From: Octopus sinensis | Lineage: Eukaryota | Direction: 5' to 3' | DNA length: 64,000 bases | NCBI RefSeq assembly: GCF_006345805.1 | Contig: NC_042997.1 | Location: 58,590,001 to 58,654,000, forward strand | Shown here: positions 55,691-64,000 of the stretch, piece after piece | Layout of the letters: every line of letters begins with the position of its first letter | Numbering within the stretch: position 1 is the stretch's first letter | Program-made: the position numbers and the translations under genes | Notes under the pieces: generated by a model | What the model was told of the DNA's origin: nothing | Database searches by the model: none | What the model saw: the letters and a program-made list of their open reading frames with translations, nothing else

Positions 55691-55934
55691 TATATATTAT
55701 ATATTATATATATACACATAATATACATATATATAATTTATATAAATAAGGATAAGATCGATATTTAAATACCGATCTTATCAGGTGGCAAGCATGGGAA
55801 TAAAAACCTTCAAACGCAATAATTATTATTAAAATTATAATTTAGGGTATCTAAGAGATACTACCACGCTGGTAATAGCAGCCAAAACTTAACTGTATGT
55901 ATATGTATAAAATTATAATTTTATACATATATCA

Positions 55935-55970
<36 letters not shown>

Positions 55971-56497
55971 TGTATGTATGTATGTATGTATGCATGTATG
56001 TATGTATGTATATGCATATATATATATATATAGTAAATATACTATATATAAATATATATATATATATATACTTCGATGAAGTGATTATCCCTATGTGGTG
56101 AGTTGTAATGCAAAAATATATAATAAAAGAAGGAAAATGCACAAAGTTTACATAGTTTAATATATTTTGAAAGGTAGAGTATTGTGATAGTCGACCGGTT
56201 TCCCGTTTCGCTAATCATATGTGTGTGTGTGTGTGTGTGTGCGTGTGTGTGTGTGTGTGTGTCTGTGTGTGTGTGTGCGTGTGTGTATGTGTGCGCGTGC
56301 GTGTGTGTGTATGTCAGTGTGTGTGTAGGTAAGTACGATCCAGGAATCCAAGTGTAGGACGTTAGTAAGCTTCGAGCACGTATGCAACTAGTGCAGATGA
56401 CAAAAGATGGACGACATACGATAAAACGATTCTATTATCGCACGTTGTCTCATATTGAAATCAAATGAAATTTAGATAAGCTGACTGTCACTGTACA

Positions 56498-56725
56498 CTC
56501 TTTTACTCTTTTACACTTTTACTCTTTTACTTGTTTCAGTCATTTGACTGCGGCCATGCTGGAGCACCGCACTTAGTCGAGCAAATCGACTCCAGGACTT
56601 ATTCTATCAGCCTCTTTGCCGAACCGCTAAGTTACGGGGACGTAAGTTACGTGAACGTGAACATACCAGCATCGGTTGTCAAACGATGGGGGGGGGACAA
56701 ACACAGACATACAAACAGACACACA
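56498..56725 (-). mobile_element. SINE family B, 3' half with (CTCTTTTA)n tail
   Basis: CTTGTTTCAGTCATTTGACTGCGGCCATGCTGGAGCACCGC..GCCGAACCGCTAAGTTACGGGGACG; shorter pieces also near 15926, 36383, 46815 and 50233. Confidence 0.85.
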
Positions 56726-57174
56726 GTCATTGCGTTACTTAGTCCGTCGGTAACGCTTTAGCGGGCTTAGAGAAAAAGAAGCGAAAAGAAAAAAAAGGGA
56801 AAGAGAAGCGTCCATTACGGGAGGTAGAGGGAACGTAATTGTAAAGCTTTCACGCGATTAGTTGAAGGGAGAAAGAGTGAGAGAGAGAAAAATGAAAGGG
56901 GGAAAATTGGATAGAGTAAAGAGTGAAGCAGAAAGAGAGAGAGAGAAATAGAGGGAGAGGACATGTGGTTGGGTGAACGTAATATTTATTACGTGGTTAA
57001 AAAGCTAGTTATAGGTAGTGATATAGAGGAGAGTTAGGAATGTAATTTTAGCAGACAGGTGGTGTTTTGATGCAGAAATTAAAGAAATGTAGAGAGAAAG
57101 AGACAGACTGACAGGCAAACAGACAGAGAGAAAGGGGGAAAGGATGATGGTAGTGATGGTGATGGGGAGTGCAT

Positions 57175-57500
57175 TGTGAAAAGTTATACTTTTTAAATTG
57201 AATCTAAGTTTTTTATGTCAACTATCACTTAACGTATGAGCATCCCAAACTTACCATTCACTTTAGAAAGAAACTAGTTTCCCGTTCGCCTGTCATATGC
57301 AATGACTATCAATAAATTAAAAGAGCAGACATTTGATAAAGTGGGGCTGTTCTTGCCTGAACTTGTATTCGACCATGGTGTATTCTCAAGGGCTCGCAAA
57401 TAATCTGATGTGAGAGTTGAAGTTATCAACACTGACAAACAAGGGGAAAGAAGAGGGAGAACTTATACGAAGAACATAGTCTGAAAAGAAGTATTGGATT
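57175..57500 (+). pseudogene. Helitron PIF1-like helicase C-terminal remnant
   Basis: LPFTLERN*FPVRLSYAMTINKLKEQTFDKVGLFLPELVFDHG..SRAR..TKNIV*KEVL. Confidence 0.88.
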
Positions 57501-57579
57501 GAAAGGTGTACGCAAATTGAAATGCGTATTGGTTCTGGCCCATCGCCTTAAGATTATAAGTTACTAAAATTACTAAAAT

Positions 57580-58049
57580 TATTGTTTTTCTTCTCAGAGG
57601 GTTCGATCTTGTTTGCTCTAGTAGATTCTGTGAGAGCGGACAGCAGCCTGCTGTCAGAGATCTCACAAGGTCTCTTTCCGCACCTTATAAGCTTTGGTAC
57701 CAATCTCAAAATCCCAGCTGTCCCCAGTAGTGCTGTTTTGAGGGCTTGCTCTACTCTTAAGTCAATTCCGATTTCTCTGACATATTTCTCGAATTTGGTT
57801 GTTAGTGCTCCGAGTGTTTCTACAACTACTGGAATAACAAACATTCTCCTCATAGTCCACATTCTTGCAATTTCGCTATTTAGTAGTCTGTACTTTTCAA
57901 TCATTTCTAGTTCTCTGTCATTTATGCGCGCATCTCCAGGTATTGCAATATTTATAGTCTTGGTTCCGTTTTTTCCTTTATTTACCACAACAATATCTGG
58001 TCTCCGAGTCTCGATTAGGGAGTTACATTGGATTGTAAAATCCCACATC

Positions 58050-58050
<1 letters not shown>
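57580..58050 (-). mobile_element. R4/Dong LINE 3' end (RLE domain plus UTR), 5'-truncated at (TAA)n
   Basis: WDFTIQCNSLIETRRPDIVVVNK..INIAIPGD..EKY..IPVVVETLG..KTALLGTAGILR. Confidence 0.92.
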
Positions 58051-58124
<74 letters not shown>

Positions 58125-58125
<1 letters not shown>

Positions 58126-59226
58126 TATGTTTGACTTTTGCTTTATGTCTGTACAAGTTGGCTCCAAGTCTCACCCAGAGACCTCAAGAGACAACAGGTT
58201 GGAAGTTCTGTGCCATATATTTGTTTTGTTTTTTTTTGTTTTTTTTTGGTGTTGTACTAGTGAATGTCTAATACATAAAAAATAAATAAATAAATAAATA
58301 AATAAAAAGTTTGTTTTAAACCTTGGGATTACATAGAGAGTATTTTGCGTAGGATATGAGCAGTTCCCATGAGCACTATCTTTTGAATTTCTGCCATTTT
58401 GGGGTTTCCTGGTATCTGAGTTAGGTAGCAATCAGTCCCTTTCGCTATCATTCCCAGGGCACCTATGACAACAGGTATTGTTTTAGTCTTCAGCTTCCAC
58501 ATTTTGCTGATTTCTATTTCAAGATCTTTATATTTGCTCAGTTTTTGGTAGGTCTTGACAGATACGTTTATATCGATTGGGACAGTCATATCAATGAGGA
58601 GGCATGTTCTTTGTCTGAAGTCTTTCAATATAATGTCTGGCCTATTTGCATCTATCTTCCTGTCAGTTTGAATGGTGAAGTTCCAGAGGAGTGAGATGTG
58701 GTCATTTTCAAGCACAGGAGGTGGATTGTGTTCCCACCAGTTTTTTTCATGGGGCAAATCCAGGTTTTTGCAAATTACCCAGTGAATATATTGTGCAGCT
58801 CTATCATGCCTACTGAGGTACTCTGTAGGCGCTAGAAGACTGCATTTGGAGACAACATGGTCAATGGTTTCATTTTGTTGTCGGCATACACGACATGTTG
58901 GGCTACTGCCGTTCTTTAATATGTTGGCCTGGTAGTTTCTTGTTGGTAGGCATTGATCTTGAGCTGCTATGATAAACCCCTCTGTTTCAGATTTTAAGCC
59001 AGAGGCCATTAGCCATTGTTGGGTCAGGGCTTTGTCGATATCTGCATTATTCGCTCTCTTTGGGTATTTGCCACACAGAGGTTTTTCTTGCCATTTATTA
59101 TTCAGAATATCTAAGGCCGCAGTTTTGGCACGGGTTTTCATGCGCCTAGCTTTTTCTGTGCTTGTTTCTTGTATATCTATCTCTAATTCCGAAATTGGTT
59201 GTATTCGGAATTCACTTAGATATTCC
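58125..59226 (-). mobile_element. R4/Dong LINE 3' 1.1 kb with open C-terminal ORF (stop at 58329), flanked by (TAA)n
   Basis: LKSETEGFIIAAQDQ, CRVC..ETIDHVVSKC (CCHC), RHD, RPDII..LLIDMTVP..K..KY; UTR runs into (AAT)n. Confidence 0.95.
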
Positions 59227-59281
<55 letters not shown>

Positions 59282-59337
59282 CATTATTATTATTATTGTT
59301 ATTATTATTATTATTATTATCATTATTATTATTATTA

Positions 59338-59374
<37 letters not shown>

Positions 59375-59580
59375 GTTATTACTATTATTATCATTATTTA
59401 CTTTTAATCTGCATGTTTTTTACAATCAATCACCGAGACACACCTAGGGCGAGTGATAGATAAGGGATGGTATAGTTTGACCGAAAGATTTGGGGAGGGG
59501 AAGTGGTATGGGCAGATGCATTTCAGTTGATAGGGTTTTTCTCAGGATGTGGGTGGGGATGAAGACATCTGTAATTACGC

Positions 59581-59860
<280 letters not shown>

Positions 59861-60724
59861 GTGTAGTGGCTACCGATCTATCATGTGCGCGTATGTTTGC
59901 TAGTGTCTCTTTTTCCTTTAGTTTTTGTTGACTTATACACATCAACAAATGAGCCAATGCGGTACTCTCAGTGTGGTTGTTCAAATTGCTCGAAATAACA
60001 GCCAAATCTCCCTCACACTTTGATCTTGTTAGTATTAAGGAAAGGAGAAATGTTTACTCCTGTCCATCATTACGGTTAAAATTAATATTTTTGATTTTGT
60101 TCGGCTCTATGAATTGAATTTTATTTTTAATAGTTTTGTCCATTGCTTGACACAAGAAATTGGAAAATCCTGACCAAAACAGAGAAATTCTAACTTAAAA
60201 AATTATAGAAAGAGAAGGAAAATGTTCTATTTTCCAAAAGCCAAAAGTTGTGTTTTCAGCTGAGGTGTAATTTTATAATTAAAACAAATTCAAAATTAAA
60301 AGTTCAGAACTTAAAACTTACCACGTTATCTTGTGTATGTTCACAGTTCAAATGGGTACAAAACCTAAAACAAATGCATGTGCGTGTGTGTGGTTGGGTC
60401 TTTAATAGCCATGGATCAGTTTAAGTTCAATCGCAGAAAGGAATTCATAACGGTAACACACGCAATTATATACATATAAACATACCCATACGCACAGACA
60501 TATACACTGATACATACCTATCAGCCACTCCCAAAGACCAGCTTGTTCGTTCCAAAATTTTGACCACCGTTCTTTATATATTTGCATACAAACACACACA
60601 TACACACCCATTCAGCTTTTCGCTTTTAATCAATACTTTTTTCTTTTAGTCGTCTGTCACTATTCATCTGTTTTTAATTTTTGTTATTATTTTGGGGGTT
60701 TCACTTTAGCGACAGCAATTACAC

Positions 60725-61008
60725 ATATCAGCACTGAAGGTATACACCGTATCAACGAGGGAACTGACTTGAGCTTCATCTTTACCATAAAGTTTGAGGT
60801 CATCCATGAAGAACAATGACTTTTTGTTGGCGGCTTTTGAATACGTATGCAGCATTTGCTTTCATCAGAATCAGTGTCAGTGGTATCAAGCACAGTACAA
60901 AGATCAGTGGGGACACGCTGTCCCCTTGGAAGATGCCCCTCCTAATTTCTACTGTCCCTAAACTTCTTCCGTATGCTGTCAGGTCCGTCTTCCAATTCGC
61001 CATACTTA
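60725..61008 (-). mobile_element. R4/Dong RT core fragment
   Basis: IRRGIFQGDSVSPLIFVLCLIPL, then frameshifted FFMDDLKLYGK. Confidence 0.9.
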
Positions 61009-61020
61009 TCATCATCATCA

Positions 61021-61067
<47 letters not shown>

Positions 61068-61619
61068 GAGTGAGAGAGCAGTGCATGCCACCAAAGTGAC
61101 ACTGGGGTAAAATATACGAAGCTCAGTAAACCCATTATGACAACTCGTCTGATGAGGGTACACCAGGCACATGCATCACAACCATATGTGCGCGACATGG
61201 TGATCTCATATCAAGATAAGCAGCGCATGATCTTGCAGGTGGGGCTCAGTTAGAATTTTTTCTGGTCGAGTAGCCCATCCCGCTCAAAAGGTCCCTGAAT
61301 AAGGGTTGTTTATGGATGTTGAACGCAACACCCATGTTTCCAGAGGTGACTTATTCAACCCCCAAAGAATTCCTCTCAACACACAGCTATGATGCTCCCC
61401 ACTACTTCTGTTTGTGATCAGAGATGCACATATCGTCAGCCACTAAGGGACATGCTCAACTGGTTAAGGTCAAACAACTGACAAGCAAATCTGTGGTATT
61501 GAGCAGGATATTTGCTGTATCCCATCTTTTATACCAAGACAAAACAATGTACATGATAACACTTCCAATCAGTTAAGATCAGAAGGCATGAGAACTACTG
61601 TCTGGTACTGCATCAGGGC

Positions 61620-61620
<1 letters not shown>
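61068..61620 (-). mobile_element. Non-coding retroposon segment ending in an (AAT)n tail (LINE 3' UTR or SINE-like)
   Basis: (TAA)n on both sides; 3' end CTCTCTCACTC(AAT)n; second copy at 62094-62377. Confidence 0.7.
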
Positions 61621-61663
<43 letters not shown>

Positions 61664-61914
61664 GCACAATTAATGTTTGTAAATTAAAATTCTTGGAAGG
61701 CGATGCCTCTGATATATGACAATCAAATTGTATGACTAAAGTTTGTTTATTAAATTATTATTTATTACAAATCAAAACAGATCACTTATCAAAACAGAAT
61801 AAATTTCCTTTTGAAATTTTAATTTTTCAGTTGTTGATTTAATTTAAACGGTAACAATAATGATAATGAAATTGATAACTACAATTTCTAGAGTAATGAC
61901 AACATCAGTAACAA

Positions 61915-61982
<68 letters not shown>

Positions 61983-62093
61983 ATAATGATTTCAAATTCT
62001 GGCACAAGGACAGCAATCTCGGGGTAGGGGTTACTCGATTACATCGACTCCAATACTCACCTGGCGCAGATTTATTTTTTGTCTCCGGAAGAA

Positions 62094-62376
62094 TGTCTTG
62101 GTATAAAAGATAGGCTACACCAAGTATTCTGCTCAATACCACAGATTTGCTTTCCTTTAGTGAGCATGCTCCTTAGTGGCTGATGATATGTGCATCTCTG
62201 ATCACGAGCAGAAGTAGCTGGGGAGCGTCATATCCATGTGTTGAGAGGAATTCTTTGAGGTTCGGATAATTCACCTCTGGAAACGTGGGTGTTTTGTTCA
62301 ACATCCTTAAACAACTCTTATTCAGGGACCTTTTGAGCGGGATGGGCTACTCAATAATAATAATACTCTCTCACTC

Positions 62377-62377
<1 letters not shown>
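62094..62377 (+). mobile_element. Second, internally shortened copy of the 61068-61620 element
   Basis: Colinear with the reverse complement of about 61267-61542, then (AAT)n, ACTCTCTCACTC and a long (AAT)n. Confidence 0.8.
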
Positions 62378-62430
<53 letters not shown>

Positions 62431-62460
62431 TAATAATAATAATTAATAATAATAATAATG

Positions 62461-62504
<44 letters not shown>

Positions 62505-63574
62505 TAATAATAATAATGTGACTTACAATGATGCAATTGTCTCAGTGAAAATACGTGGCTTTCAAATCTCAAGAAGAAACTCAAAAGCCAAAACACGGAA
62601 TGAAAGCAATTTAACATAAAAACCAAAACAACAGATTAATAACGGCAAAACGACAGAATTGACGAAAGGGGAAACATCTGTTAGTAAAAGAAACGGAAAT
62701 AGCTGCCTCGAAGAAAGCTATGTCAATAAAAAAGAGTAGTTTTAAATACAACACGTGTTCGTAAAGAAAATTGCATTTCTCGAAAATGTAAATAGCTGAA
62801 ATGACTTTTCACGAGATTGTTAGTGTCATTGTCTTTATAATTAAAGGTTCTGCTTTACTGCTCATTTTAATGTTAATTTTATCGCGTGCTTGTCTGTTCA
62901 ACATTCATTTATGACACTTTCTAAGCTACTGAGAAAGAAAATAATGAAAAGAAAAGACAGCGGCTACTGACAGAGAATGCTGTTTCTATTGTAATGAGAT
63001 ATTAACTAAAGTTTTATAAACATTTTGTACCAGCATGATTACCCTACACTTTAGAAGTGAAAAATAAACGCGCAAACAATTCAGCAATGCTACTTAACCG
63101 AACGGATCCACATCACAAGACAGAATCTCAGCATGTACCGCTAAGTCAAAAACAAAATAACAATTACAAACTCGTTAGAAGTTTAAAAGGCTTGAATCGA
63201 ATATTTACAGGTTATAAAAGCTCTTTATTCTACCAAATTGTAAGTGGGGCTTGACATATCAAATCAGATGAAAAATCAATCCCAGCTTTTGGTTGGTATA
63301 AATTGATTAGTACAAATGATTAGTATAAATTAAGCGCACAACCAGATATTTTAAAGAGCAATCCAATAATTTCTGGACATGAAGGCATTAACATAGAAAT
63401 GCGAAGATGAAATAATACAACAAAACACACACTGCAAAGAATATAACACAGAAACGGAATAAAACAATAATATAGTTGTAACACAGAGCATTCTACAGCA
63501 TAACAGAGGTGATGGCAGCAAACAAGGAGTAAACTACGACAACTACTGCTGCTGCTGCTACAACAACTACTACA

Positions 63575-63626
<52 letters not shown>

Positions 63627-63635
63627 TTAAAAATA

Positions 63636-63861
63636 AAGACCAGCTTTTGGTATAATACCAGGAATTTTAGAAGGTGAGAGTAAATCGATTTAACTGATCC
63701 CAGTATTTATTTATTTTTTTTTTGTCGACTCCGAAAGGATGAAGAGCAAAGTTGACCTCGGTGGAATTTGAACTCAAAACGCAAAGAGCCAAAGGAAATG
63801 CTGCCAACCATTTTATGCGATGTGCTAACGATTCTACAGGCGCACTGCCATAACGAGAGCA

Positions 63862-63900
<39 letters not shown>

Positions 63901-64000
63901 GTTTCAAATTTTGACTCAAGGCCAGCAAATTCAGGAGACGGGTTAGTCGATTACATCAACCCCAGTGCTCAATTGGTACTTATTTTATCGACCCCGAAAG
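63636..64000 (-). mobile_element. Two SINE family A copies separated by (AAT)n; second runs off the window
   Basis: TCGACTCCGAAAGGATGAAG..GGAATTTGAACTC and TTTTATCGACCCCGAAAG. Confidence 0.8.

Noticed and set aside
56185-56220. Minus-strand GAAACCGGTC half-hammerhead
   Set aside because: The CUGANGA half is absent, truncated by (TG)n.
57582-58271. 229-aa plus-strand ORF
   Set aside because: Antisense shadow of the Dong RLE frame plus (ATT)n.

Overview
AT-rich, microsatellite-saturated eukaryotic DNA with no recognisable host exon. The tRNA-derived SINE families point to an octopus genome (inference from recalled repeat families). Most ORF-track entries are translated microsatellites. The real coding signal is decayed transposons: two Penelope-like elements (a GIY-YIG fragment and an RT fragment), several R4/Dong-type RLE LINE fragments clustered in (TAA)n, L1/Tx1 and CR1-like remnants, a Tigger/pogo transposon, two mariners, Helitron pieces, hAT/piggyBac/pogo MITEs and a 165-bp solo LTR. 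The most interesting signal is at the RNA level. There are at least nine type I hammerhead-like motifs with palindromic stem III, including a long-stem-II class and a U3-A8 compensatory variant. There is also an ~82-bp helix in a Penelope 3' region whose transition differences are almost all G-U compatible (21 vs 1 A-C), and several fold-back cassettes embedded in (TA)n. All alignments and folds were done by eye, so coordinates of decayed elements are approximate.
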